Notes: generated by a model from the letters alone, not told the origin. A DNA stretch of 46,862 bases from Puniceicoccaceae bacterium (GCA_007692545.1 REBV01000158.1:1-46862), one strand, 5' to 3'. Counted from the stretch's first letter, positions 1 to 8,765 are shown. Numbers and translations are program-made.

Positions 1-646
1 GCTGGCGCGGATGGGGGATGTGTCCGAGTTTATGAAGACTCTGAAACAGCGTTTTTCAATTTGGTTCAATAAGACGCATGAGCGCTTTGGGACTTTGTGG
101 GCGGAGCGCTTTAAGTCGGTGCTGGTGGAGGGGCGTGGGAATCCGCTGCAAACGATGGCGGCTTACATTGACCTAAACCCGGTGCGGGCGGGTCTGGTGA
201 AGGACCCGAAGGACTACCGCTTCTGTGGCTACGCGGAGGCGGTGGCTGGCAATCGCCAGGCGGTGGCGGGTCTGCTGCGTGTCTGGGGTAACTACCTCGG
301 GGGTGATCAGAGTGCAGCGAGTATTTTGAGTGCGCACCGCAGCCTTTTGTTTGGTCAGGGGGCCGACCCCTGGCTGATGGGAGGGCGTGCTATTGACCGG
401 GAGACGGCTTGCCGGGTGATCGAGGCGCAGGGGGGCGTGCTGCCTTTGGCGGCGGCAATGCGCTGCCGGGTACGCTACTTCAGCGATGGGCTGGTGCTGG
501 GCTCGGCGGAATATGTGCGCTCGATGACGGCCCAGGTACAGCGGGCGCGGGCGCGCAAGCACCCGCCGAAGGCCAATCCGATGCTGGGGGCGGAGTGGGG
601 AGACCTGGCCGTCATCCAGGGGCTGCGACAGAAGATCTTTGCTTGA
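1..646 (+). mobile_element. REP-associated tyrosine transposase (RAYT, Y1/IS200-like HUH family), 5'-truncated by the window edge
   Basis: Motifs FMKTLKQRFSIWFN..H.R.GTLWAERFKSVLVE and YIDLNPVRAGLVKDPKDY are typical of RAYT/Y1_Tnp proteins. The frame is open back to the window start; the HUH motif would lie upstream. Confidence 0.85.
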
Positions 647-680
647 GCAGACGGATTGATTCCAGCTGAGGGCCGTCACA

Positions 681-709
681 TCCGTCTCCGCGTTGCTACG
701 CCGTGACAA
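681..709. repeat. Solo variant of the 33-bp hairpin mini-element, just downstream of the RAYT
   Basis: TCCGTCTCCGCGTTGCTACGCCGTGACAA aligns with TCCGTCTTCGCTCTGCGAGCTACGCCGGACAAG found at 4968-5000 and, reverse-complemented, at 9677-9709. Confidence 0.6.
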
Positions 710-740
710 AATCGACGATGCCACGACTTCAGGTGAAAGC

Positions 741-2333
741 TTATTTTGGCAGTTCGAATTCCGGGGCCTCGTTGAGTTCGCTACGGGTGTCGATGTTTTT
801 GAGTTTTACCTTTAGTTCAAAGAGATCGGTGCGACGGTCCAAGCGGGGGGTGACGGATCCGGCGGAGCGCGATCGGTAGAGGTCTTCTGTGTCGATGTCG
901 GTGACGAGCATGGTCTCCACATTGGAATCGGCGATGGCTTGTATGCCGTCGCGGGCAAACTCGAAGTCCGAGGGGGTAAAGACGGCGGCTTGTCCGTAGT
1001 GGATGTCCATGGCGGGAACACTGGGTAAGTTACCAATGATGCCTGCGGTGGCCACAAATATCTGGTTTTCGATTGCACGTGCTTCGGCGCATTTGCGCAC
1101 GCGGAACATGCCGTGTCGGTCGTCGGTGCAGTAGGGAACAAAGAGAATCTCGACTCCCTCGTCTGCTAGATATCGGGTCGCTTCGGGGAATTCGACATCG
1201 TAGCAAATCTGGACAGCAATTTTGGCTTTTGGGGTGGGTAAAACGATGAGTTCGTGGCCACCTGAGATCCCCCAATAGCGTTTTTCAGAGGGGGTGATGT
1301 GTAGTTTGGGTTGTGATATGTAGCGCCCGGCCGGATCAAAAATGAGGCATTCGTTTTGTAGTTTATTACCCCGCTCGATCGGGTGGCTACCGCCGATAAT
1401 ATAAAGCCCGTATTTTTTAGCCATACGGGACATCAGGTCAATAAAGGGTGCACTGAAATCTTTCGCTAGCTTACGAATCCCGTCGATTGAGGGGAGGGGT
1501 TCAATGACGGAAAGCAGTTGCACAGAAAAGAACTCGGGGAAGAGCACAAAGTCGGACTTATAGTCGGCGGCGGTTTCCACGAAATACTCGACTTGGCTGG
1601 CAAAATCTTCGAAGGTATCAATCTTGCGGACTTTGTATTGTACGCAGGCTAAGCGAACTTTTGAAGAGACCTGACAGTGAACATAGTCTGGATTGAGCCA
1701 CTCGATGAGACTGGCATAGTTGCGACTCATCGGGTCGGTAATGTAGTTGCGCAAAATACCGCGAACTATAAAGCCTTCTCGTAGTTGAAACGTTAATACG
1801 CGATCATTTATCTCGCCATTGACTACTTTGCCGACGTAGGCCTCTGGAGTCAGCTCTCCGGCGGCTGAGTCGTAGCTGGCGAGTCGGCCTCCAGCTAGTA
1901 TGCGACGGAGGTTGAGACTTTTGCAGAGTCGTCGACGGGCTTCGTAGAGCGCAGCACCGACGCCGCAGCCTTGGCAATCCGGATCGACGTAGACATCGGC
2001 TCCGTAAAGTGTGTCGCCGCTGGAGTCGTGGTTATGGAAGTAACCTCCATCGGTGATACCTGCGTAGGTGTGTGTCCGGTAGGGATCGCGCTCCTTGCTG
2101 ATAATAAGCGAAGCGACTGCGCCGACGATGCGGTCATCGACGATGGCGGCTAGTTGGCCTTCAGGAAAAAGCCGCAGGTGATTTCTGAGTTGTCGCTCAC
2201 TCCAAACGACATTCTCCTCTGCCATCAGGGGAAACGCTCGCTTGTTTAGTTCAATCAAATGAGGAATGTCCTCGCGTTGGATCGGGCGAATATGAACGGG
2301 GCCTTTGCGCCCTTCGAAGGTAAATGATTCCAT
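741..2333 (-). CDS. Bifunctional GNAT N-acetyltransferase / carbon-nitrogen hydrolase (nitrilase superfamily)
   Basis: N-terminal GNAT acetyl-CoA motif (VYVDPDCQGCGVGAALY). C-terminal CN-hydrolase with E-K-C triad motifs FPEFF, QPKLH and ICYDVEFPE. Confidence 0.9.
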   Translation of the reverse strand: MESFTFEGRKGPVHIRPIQREDIPHLIELNKRAFPLMAEENVVWSERQLRNHLRLFPEGQLAAIVDDRIVGAVASLIISKERDPYRTHTYAGITDGGYFHNHDSSGDTLYGADVYVDPDCQGCGVGAALYEARRRLCKSLNLRRILAGGRLASYDSAAGELTPEAYVGKVVNGEINDRVLTFQLREGFIVRGILRNYITDPMSRNYASLIEWLNPDYVHCQVSSKVRLACVQYKVRKIDTFEDFASQVEYFVETAADYKSDFVLFPEFFSVQLLSVIEPLPSIDGIRKLAKDFSAPFIDLMSRMAKKYGLYIIGGSHPIERGNKLQNECLIFDPAGRYISQPKLHITPSEKRYWGISGGHELIVLPTPKAKIAVQICYDVEFPEATRYLADEGVEILFVPYCTDDRHGMFRVRKCAEARAIENQIFVATAGIIGNLPSVPAMDIHYGQAAVFTPSDFEFARDGIQAIADSNVETMLVTDIDTEDLYRSRSAGSVTPRLDRRTDLFELKVKLKNIDTRSELNEAPEFELPK

Positions 2334-2336
2334 AGT

Positions 2337-2843
2337 TTATTCAGGGGAGTTGTTGGCTTCCCAAGCCTGACGGCGCTGGTCGGAGAATCCGGGGATGCGG
2401 CCTTCGTCAAAGTCAATCATGTCCATGACGGACTCGATCTTACCGATCATTTCCGGGGTGCCCATATTGGTTAAAGATTCGGCAAGGAACTCCCTGCCTG
2501 CTTTGGTTTGCCCTTTATGGGTGACTTCCCGGTTCCATTCGACGACGCGGAGGTCTTCGGGAAAGATTTCTCCTAGTAGCTGGTCCAATAGAATAACATC
2601 GTCATTGGCTTGTCTGACTGCTTCGACGACATCTTTGGGGTCGACTCCCAGATGCAAACAAAGAAAGCGGTCGAAGCCGCGACAAAAATTCTTTTGATAG
2701 GACTTGGGAAGTTCGCTGGCTAGATGTTTGCGAATTTTGGCTATAAAACGCGGTAAATGCAGGAGTCCGCAGGGATGTGGCTCGTAAGGCGAGGGCAGGT
2801 CGAAACAAATTTCGCCAGTTGGGCCGTGGTCTTCGTCTGTCAT
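2337..2843 (-). CDS. DUF5069-like conserved hypothetical protein
   Basis: LPSPYE..GLLHLPRFIAKIR..GFDRFLCLHLGVD..DMIDFDEGR pattern. Start chosen at ATG 2843 because the longer ORF overlaps the upstream gene. Confidence 0.7.
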   Translation of the reverse strand: MTDEDHGPTGEICFDLPSPYEPHPCGLLHLPRFIAKIRKHLASELPKSYQKNFCRGFDRFLCLHLGVDPKDVVEAVRQANDDVILLDQLLGEIFPEDLRVVEWNREVTHKGQTKAGREFLAESLTNMGTPEMIGKIESVMDMIDFDEGRIPGFSDQRRQAWEANNSPE

Positions 2844-2850
2844 TGCGTAT

Positions 2851-3330
2851 TTAGCTGTCTTTAGGTTGTATGACGATGGTATAGCGCGATTCGAACTGAA
2901 GTGTGCGATCATCTGTGGTGATGTCGAGGTAGATAGCTTGTTTCTCCCCTGGAACGATGCGACAGACGATGGCATTGGGCGTCGTGTCTTCCTTAAAGCT
3001 AATGGCTTGGCCGCGGAGCGTGCCTCCTTTGGTGCCCAAGTCATCCATGCTTATATCAAGGGGCAGGATGATTTTGCCCCGGTCGTTCTTTGACTGCATG
3101 AGTGGCACCCGAATTGTGTAATCGCCGACGAGATTGCCATTTTCAGGCTTGAGATCGCTAACGGAGAGCATGACGGAGGCAAGGCTGACGCGGGTCCTGG
3201 TATCTTCTATACGAAAAACGGTGCCCTTCCAGCTGGCAAGTGCACTGGTTTGGGCTGGGGAAACTGCCAAAGAAACGCCCAAGGGCGAAAGCAAGAGGGT
3301 CAACAAAAGGAAAATTTTTGAAAAATTCAT
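2851..3330 (-). CDS. Hypothetical secreted protein
   Basis: N-terminal signal peptide (MNFSKIFLLLTLLLSPLGVSLA). Co-oriented with, and 7 nt from, the next gene. Confidence 0.7.
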   Translation of the reverse strand: MNFSKIFLLLTLLLSPLGVSLAVSPAQTSALASWKGTVFRIEDTRTRVSLASVMLSVSDLKPENGNLVGDYTIRVPLMQSKNDRGKIILPLDISMDDLGTKGGTLRGQAISFKEDTTPNAIVCRIVPGEKQAIYLDITTDDRTLQFESRYTIVIQPKDS

Positions 3331-3430
3331 GATAGTGCATCGCTCTTAGGTAGGAGCTTGTCAAATTTTTGTCGGAAGTAGATGTCTGAGGCGGACTGTA
3401 AGCTCATCGGTAGCATTTCGTTTTGTTCCG

Positions 3431-4765
3431 GTGATACCAGCTCCCATCAAGACGTATATTTACCCGGCCTACGGAGTGGTTAGTTTGGGCAAGGTGGCGG
3501 TGGAGGTGATGCTTCAGCTATATCTGTTTGATTTTTACACCCGGATTCTTGGCTTGGATCCTCTTTTGGCAGGCTTAGCCTTTGGGGTGGCTATTTTCTG
3601 GGATGCGCTGAGCGATTTGATCGTGTCGGCTGGACTCTTTAAAGCCCGCAGCCGGGGCATCGCTTACAGCACAACGCTCTGGTGGGGGGCGATGCTTTTG
3701 GCGGCGACGACTGTATTGTTATTTTCCCCGTTTCGGGAGGATTCGGCTGCTTATCTCTTTGGGCATTTGTTGGTTGCCTACGTTTTGGTCAATACAGGCA
3801 TGACCTTACTGGACTTGCCCCAGAGTAGTTTGAGTGCGGAGCTTAGTCGCAAAGCGATTGAGCGGAATAAGCTGCTGGCTTCCCGGATGGGCTTTGGCAT
3901 TCTTGGGCTTGCGGTCGGGAGTGCCTTGCCCGGTATTTATTTAGCTGCTTTAGATGGTGACGTTTCCAATGCGCTGCTGGCAGATTCCCGACAGGTTAGC
4001 GCGTGGTATTTGGCGGCTTTGGTAGTGATCACGGCCAGCCTGACCACGCTTGGCGTGCGTGGGCGCGAGCGATCGACCGAGCCAGAAGCGGTGGCTGAGA
4101 TGCCGAACTGGACAGAGGTTAAAGGTCTGTTCAAAGATGGCCCTTTCATGCACCTGCTTTCAGCTGGGGCTATCGCAGCGGTTGGCCGCACGGTCAATGC
4201 GGCTCTGGCTCTGATGTATTATCGCTTTGTTCTGGAGCTATCAGAGGCTCAGGTGACACAGGCAATTTTTCCAGTATTTACGCTCAGTATCGTGCTCTCG
4301 ATCCCGCTCTGGATCGCGCTTTCGAAGCGTTATGGCAAGCGTATGCCAGCCTATATTTCGGTCGGCGGGCTCGGGCTCATGGGGATCATCGCTTATCCAA
4401 TATTACCGGCCGGCTTACTCTGGCCGCCACTGCTCGTTTCAACAATTGGAGGCATTCTTTGTGGAGCTGTCTTTCTGGTGGATTCGATGATCACGGACTT
4501 AATTGATGCAGATGAATTTGCAACGGGGAAGCGGAAAGAGTCGCTTTATTTTGCGGTATGGAAGTCAGCACTCAAAGTGGCCCGAGCAGTTGCGTTTGTG
4601 ACGATTGGACTGGGGTTACAAGCCATGGGATTGGATCTTTCACAAGATACGGTCCCGGAAAGCGTCCAATGGGGGATTATCTTTTTATTTGGGATATTTG
4701 TTGGCCTGTGCTTTGTTCTGGCAGGGTGGCAGATATACCGCGCGAAGATACCAGAACCTTCATAG
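3431..4765 (+). CDS. MFS transporter, glycoside-pentoside-hexuronide (GPH/MelB-like) family
   Basis: About 12 hydrophobic segments; motifs FWDALSD, ELS..ERNKL, SMITDLIDADEF.TGKRKES. Confidence 0.85.
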   Translation: MIPAPIKTYIYPAYGVVSLGKVAVEVMLQLYLFDFYTRILGLDPLLAGLAFGVAIFWDALSDLIVSAGLFKARSRGIAYSTTLWWGAMLLAATTVLLFSPFREDSAAYLFGHLLVAYVLVNTGMTLLDLPQSSLSAELSRKAIERNKLLASRMGFGILGLAVGSALPGIYLAALDGDVSNALLADSRQVSAWYLAALVVITASLTTLGVRGRERSTEPEAVAEMPNWTEVKGLFKDGPFMHLLSAGAIAAVGRTVNAALALMYYRFVLELSEAQVTQAIFPVFTLSIVLSIPLWIALSKRYGKRMPAYISVGGLGLMGIIAYPILPAGLLWPPLLVSTIGGILCGAVFLVDSMITDLIDADEFATGKRKESLYFAVWKSALKVARAVAFVTIGLGLQAMGLDLSQDTVPESVQWGIIFLFGIFVGLCFVLAGWQIYRAKIPEPS

Positions 4766-4797
4766 ATACGGTTCTTTGTGCTTATGTTAAATGTGTA

Positions 4798-4873
4798 GGG
4801 AGCGTGCATGTCCCCACGCACCAGCGTCGTTGTCGGCCCGGCAGACGCCAGCGGCAGAGGACACCCGCACTCC
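4798..4873. repeat. REP doublet (REPIN-like) of GGAG-type palindromes
   Basis: Left arm GGAGCGTGCATGTCCCC; the right arm reverse-complemented reads GGAGTGCGGGTGTCCTC. The inverted pair lies between convergent genes. Confidence 0.5.
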
Positions 4874-4913
4874 GTTGCTATCCGCAAAACGCGCAGTCCA
4901 GCCAACAATACCA

Positions 4914-5063
4914 CAGGCGCGAGCTTCCGTCTTCGCTCTGCGAGCTTCCGTCTTCGCTCTGCGAGCTTCCGTCTTCGCTCTGCGAGCTACGCCGGACAAG
5001 ACGCCGGACAAGACGCCGGACAAGACGCCGGACAAGACGCCGGTCGAGAGCTCGCACGCCACG
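4914..5063. repeat. GTGG-type REP carrying a nested mini-element array: 3 x 21-mer TCCGTCTTCGCTCTGCGAGCT, then 4 x 12-mer ACGCCGGACAAG plus one variant
   Basis: Read directly: 21-mers at 4926-4988, 12-mers at 4989-5048. Flanks CAGGCGCGAGCT and AGCTCGCACGCCACG match the uninterrupted REP at 16708-16734. Confidence 0.9.
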
Positions 5064-5064
5064 A

Positions 5065-6087
5065 TCAGAAAAGTTCTTTCTGCGGTAGCGTAGTCTCAGA
5101 AGAACCGTCCACATCCTCATCTTCGTCATGCAAGTGCCGTGGGGCTTTACCCATGTTTCGCTGCAAGCTTTCTTCGCACTCGGTCACGATACGGTCGCAG
5201 ATGCCGCGCACGTGCATGCGCAGCCATTTAGAGGTGGTGCTTTTCTCGGTGTAGTCGGCTGGTCCGTAGGCATGGATGCGCCCGGCGTGGAGCAGGGCGT
5301 CATTTTGGGCAAACTCGGCTTCGCTTTCGGGATTAAAAACGGCATAAGCCTTGCCGCCGTTACTTTTGACCACGGAAAAGACGGGCACATCGCTGGGTCC
5401 ATCTGCCGTGTAGATCATCCGGTCGATCGGGATACGGCGGTCGACCCGGTCCATGGATGCGTTGACATCGATTTCAGCGTTTTTATTGCTGCCCTTATTG
5501 ATCTCAAAGATGTAGCGGGTCTTGATCGTGTTATCCACGATGGTGCCGATCTGGCTGAGCTCGAATTCAATATGCAGGGGGAGCTCATTCTGATTGGAGT
5601 AGTTCGGGGGTAGGGGGGCTTCGATAAACTCGCAGCCGAAGATCCCATCCACATAAGGGGCGATGGCGCTGCCTTTGATCATCTCTGCCAGCCCGGTGCT
5701 GATGATGTAGTGCTCCAGCCGGATGTTGTGTTTTTTGTATTCCGGCCGCGACTCCGCCACTGCCTGCAGCCGGGTAAATAAATCCGGCAGTCCAGGGTAG
5801 AATTGCAGCTCGCGGCCCAGCTCGCGCAGACGTTTGTTGGTCAGCCCCTTCAGGCAGCCGTTTTTTACAAAGCTGAGCAAATGGTTTAAATAAATTGTGT
5901 CATGAGAGACCCGTGTGCCACGCTGGGCGTAGATTTCGGGCAGTGCGTTGACTTCCTTCCAAAAGCGTTCCTCATCGATCCCGTAGGCTTCGAAGATGGG
6001 TGCCTGCATGTAGCCGGGGATGAGCGTCTTGTCAAAATCCCAGATACAGGCGACGATGTTTTGGCGGTGCAGGTTCTTTTTCGTCAT
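5065..6087 (-). CDS. HAD-superfamily hydrolase
   Basis: Motif I WDFDKT, motif II IISTG, motif IV-like ADGPSD. Start placed at MTKKNL (6087) to avoid overlap with prfA. Confidence 0.85.
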   Translation of the reverse strand: MTKKNLHRQNIVACIWDFDKTLIPGYMQAPIFEAYGIDEERFWKEVNALPEIYAQRGTRVSHDTIYLNHLLSFVKNGCLKGLTNKRLRELGRELQFYPGLPDLFTRLQAVAESRPEYKKHNIRLEHYIISTGLAEMIKGSAIAPYVDGIFGCEFIEAPLPPNYSNQNELPLHIEFELSQIGTIVDNTIKTRYIFEINKGSNKNAEIDVNASMDRVDRRIPIDRMIYTADGPSDVPVFSVVKSNGGKAYAVFNPESEAEFAQNDALLHAGRIHAYGPADYTEKSTTSKWLRMHVRGICDRIVTECEESLQRNMGKAPRHLHDEDEDVDGSSETTLPQKELF

Positions 6088-6159
6088 TGCAGGTAGATCT
6101 CGACTGTTGTCAGCTATCGCATTCACTGCAATGCATATTTCAAAAGCAGTTGACCCATC

Positions 6160-7248
6160 ATGCACACCATACCCGACATCGCACCTTTCCGCGCCAAGCT
6201 GGCCGAATTCAACGGCCAGATGGCCGACCCTGACTTTTACTCGGACCAGCGCCGGGCTGCTGAAGTGGCCCGCGAACAGCAACGCCTGGCAGCACTGGTG
6301 GAGAAGTTTGAAGCGTATCATGACACCATTCAACAGATCGCGGAGAATGCAGCGATGAGCGAGGACGCGTCGGTCGAGGCCGAACTGCGCGAGATGGCCG
6401 CCGAAGAGCTGGAGTCGCTGACCACATTACGCGATAAGCTGGCCAACGACGTGCTCCGCTTTATGATCCCGCCCGATACCACGGACAGTCGCAACTCCGT
6501 GATGGAAATCCGTGGTGGCGCTGGTGGCGACGAGGCCAACATCTTCGCCGGTGACCTCTTCCGGATGTATAGCCGCTACGCTGAGACCCGTGGCTGGCGA
6601 GTGGAAGTGCTTAGCTCCAGCCCGGCCGATGTGGGCGGGTTTAAGGAGATCATTTTCAATATGACGGGTGAAGACGCCTATAAATACCTCAAGTTCGAGA
6701 GTGGGGTGCACCGCGTGCAGCGCGTCCCCGCCACCGAGACGCAGGGCCGCATCCACACATCGACTGCGACGGTGGCCGTGCTCCCTGAAGCCGAAGAAGT
6801 GGATATCGAGATCAACCCCAATGACCTCGAAATCTCCACCATGCGGGCCAGCGGTGCCGGGGGGCAACACGTCAATACGACCGACTCCGCCGTCATGATG
6901 GTGCACAAGCCGACCGGCGTCACTGTTTACTGCGCGGACGAGCGCTCGCAGATCAAAAACCGCGCCAAAGCGCTCACCGTCATGCGCTCCCGCCTGCTCA
7001 AAGCCAAGGAAGACGAAGAGCACGCCAAATACGCCGCCGAGCGCAAGGGCCAGATCGGCACCGGCGACCGTTCCGAGCGCATCCGCACCTACAACTATCC
7101 CCAGGGACGCTTGACTGATCACCGCATCGGCCTCAGCCTCTCCCTGCCCACCGTGGTCGAAGGTGACCTGGACGACCTGATCGACGCCCTGCAAAACCAC
7201 GACTACGAGGCCCGCATCGCGAATTTGCTAAGCAAGCAGAAAAAGTAA
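6160..7248 (+). CDS. prfA: Peptide chain release factor 1
   Basis: GGQ motif (GAGGQHVN), RF1-specific PxT motif (RVPATE), ESGVHRVQR and [12 protein letters not shown]. Confidence 0.97.
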   Translation: MHTIPDIAPFRAKLAEFNGQMADPDFYSDQRRAAEVAREQQRLAALVEKFEAYHDTIQQIAENAAMSEDASVEAELREMAAEELESLTTLRDKLANDVLRFMIPPDTTDSRNSVMEIRGGAGGDEANIFAGDLFRMYSRYAETRGWRVEVLSSSPADVGGFKEIIFNMTGEDAYKYLKFESGVHRVQRVPATETQGRIHTSTATVAVLPEAEEVDIEINPNDLEISTMRASGAGGQHVNTTDSAVMMVHKPTGVTVYCADERSQIKNRAKALTVMRSRLLKAKEDEEHAKYAAERKGQIGTGDRSERIRTYNYPQGRLTDHRIGLSLSLPTVVEGDLDDLIDALQNHDYEARIANLLSKQKK

Positions 7249-7278
7249 GGTGAAAATTAGCCGGTCAGTTGAATTGCT

Positions 7279-7794
7279 TCAGCTTTCAAGTGTCTTCAGC
7301 CGCTCAAGTTTCTCCTTCACACGTTCCCGATAGCGTCGTTGCCGCGCTGCATTCTTGCGGCGCTTTTCCGCGGCACTTACTTTGGGGCGGCCGCGTCGTA
7401 AGTGTAGCACATCGTCCGGGCGGGTGAAGACCCCGCGCCGCCGGAATGCGGCCGGTGCGTGGACAAAGCTGTCGCGCCAGAGCGGTGGATAGTCAAACCA
7501 CGCTTTCTCCGCTGCCCGACCCGGTTCAGCGAGCCATGCAGGGGCGGGCAGCCCGTGACGCTCGCACAGCCACTCGACATAGGCCGCCAAGTAGGCATCG
7601 CACTGGCCATGGTCTTGGAGTAAGTCACGCATAAGCGAAGGTGCTTCGCTTATGCGTCGCGCGAAATCGGCGGCACTGCTCACAGTACGCAACTCGTGTT
7701 GCCAGTCGCGTAGATTCCGCCCAAACGATTCCGGGTCGCGGGTCTCAACGGCAATTTCCGCCGCAGTGGTGGGGCGTTTCCAGGATTTATTCAT
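7279..7794 (-). CDS. Hypothetical protein, probable antitoxin/partner of the adjacent nucleotidyltransferase
   Basis: Overlaps the upstream NTase gene by 8 nt. Has an AYLAAYVEWLC..P.W..WF..PAAFRRRGVF pattern and a basic C-terminal helix (RRGRPK..RQRRYRER). Confidence 0.7.
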   Translation of the reverse strand: MNKSWKRPTTAAEIAVETRDPESFGRNLRDWQHELRTVSSAADFARRISEAPSLMRDLLQDHGQCDAYLAAYVEWLCERHGLPAPAWLAEPGRAAEKAWFDYPPLWRDSFVHAPAAFRRRGVFTRPDDVLHLRRGRPKVSAAEKRRKNAARQRRYRERVKEKLERLKTLES

Positions 7795-8326
7795 GGTTTT
7801 GCTCGATTAAACTTTGCAGCAGGGCTCGATGATGCGGCAGCAATACATCATCGGGGTAAAAACGGTCGATGGCTTCCTGGATAGGCTCAAGGGATCGGAT
7901 TTCCATCTTCTTAATGAGGAAGCTCAGGTCATCCACATCACCGCGATAGCCGCCGATCGGACGGCGACAGGCCAGTGCCTTCATGGCCAGCAGATATTCC
8001 GCACTGGGCACGTGGACAATGAGCCCGGTCAAGGCCTCTATTTCCGCCAGCCGCCGTTTAGCCTCAACCTTGGGTGAAATAAATTGCGAGACGTCCGAAT
8101 TCAACCAGTCATCCGGCAAATCCAACTCTCGGGCGACTTGCGCAACCAGTCGCTCACCCGCTTCTCTGGGATGAAATATGGCATCGATGTCCTTCGTACC
8201 TTCGCGCGAATTGTAGGCCAGCAGGAACGCTGCTCCGCCGTAGATGGAAACTTCCAGGCGAATCCCATCCAGCCCTGCCTGCGCTCCGAGACGTTCAAGC
8301 GCTTTCAATATCGTGACCTTATTCAT
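7787..8326 (-). CDS. DUF6036/AbiEii-like nucleotidyltransferase (putative TA toxin)
   Basis: Pol-beta-type NTase motif IYGGAA..TKDID, plus YLLAMK..R..D..D. Confidence 0.8.
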   Translation of the reverse strand: MNKVTILKALERLGAQAGLDGIRLEVSIYGGAAFLLAYNSREGTKDIDAIFHPREAGERLVAQVARELDLPDDWLNSDVSQFISPKVEAKRRLAEIEALTGLIVHVPSAEYLLAMKALACRRPIGGYRGDVDDLSFLIKKMEIRSLEPIQEAIDRFYPDDVLLPHHRALLQSLIEQNHE

Positions 8327-8421
8327 ATTTTTCCATAACGTGACGTTTTATTCTATTTAGTCAAGTGGTCTGACCTATGAAATCTTGACAAAACCCGTGC
8401 TTTCGTGCAACCGTGCCTGTC

Positions 8422-8658
8422 ATGAATGTAACTCTGAAAATCGACGATGAGCTTTGTCGCCAAGCACGGCATCGGGCGGTTGATGCCAATATGTCGCTTT
8501 CTGCGTGGGTAGCCGAGGTATTGAAAAATGCGGTTTACGAAGCCGAGACACCCAACCAAACAATGGTTGATCTAATTGGTGATGACGACGGACGTGGTTT
8601 CGAGGAGTTTCTACCGGATCGAAAAGCAGATTTAGAGCGACCAATTGAGTTCCCTTAA
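8422..8658 (+). CDS. Ribbon-helix-helix antitoxin (VapB/CopG-like)
   Basis: MNVTLKIDDELCRQARHRA..MSLSAWVAEVL is an RHH pattern with an acidic C-terminus. Its stop overlaps the start of a PIN remnant (TAATG). Confidence 0.8.
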   Translation: MNVTLKIDDELCRQARHRAVDANMSLSAWVAEVLKNAVYEAETPNQTMVDLIGDDDGRGFEEFLPDRKADLERPIEFP

Positions 8659-8764
8659 TGGCTTTTCTTGTCGATACAAACTTAGCCTTGCTACGCGAAA
8701 CACAAAAGACTTTGAAGACCTTGGCGTTGACCTGATCAACCCTTGGGAGTTTGGCTCCAACTAA
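8658..8764 (+). pseudogene. vapC: Internally deleted VapC/PIN toxin remnant
   Basis: ATG frame gives MAFLVDTN (PIN N-terminal motif). It is joined in a shifted frame to [27 protein letters not shown]-stop (PIN C-terminal motif). The ~100 intervening codons are absent. Confidence 0.85.
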
Positions 8765-8765
8765 T

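Noticed and set aside
4919-5048. Possible CRISPR array
   Set aside because: The repeats are directly adjacent with no unique spacers, and there are no cas genes. The pattern is better explained as nested or tandem mini-elements.
4546-5254. Several short ORFs with repetitive peptides (ELPSSLC, RRTRR, PDKT, GQDA)
   Set aside because: These are translations of the non-coding repeat array in different frames.
6088-6333. N-terminal extension of the HAD hydrolase ORF
   Set aside because: It overlaps prfA on the opposite strand; HAD motif I lies just after Met at 6087.
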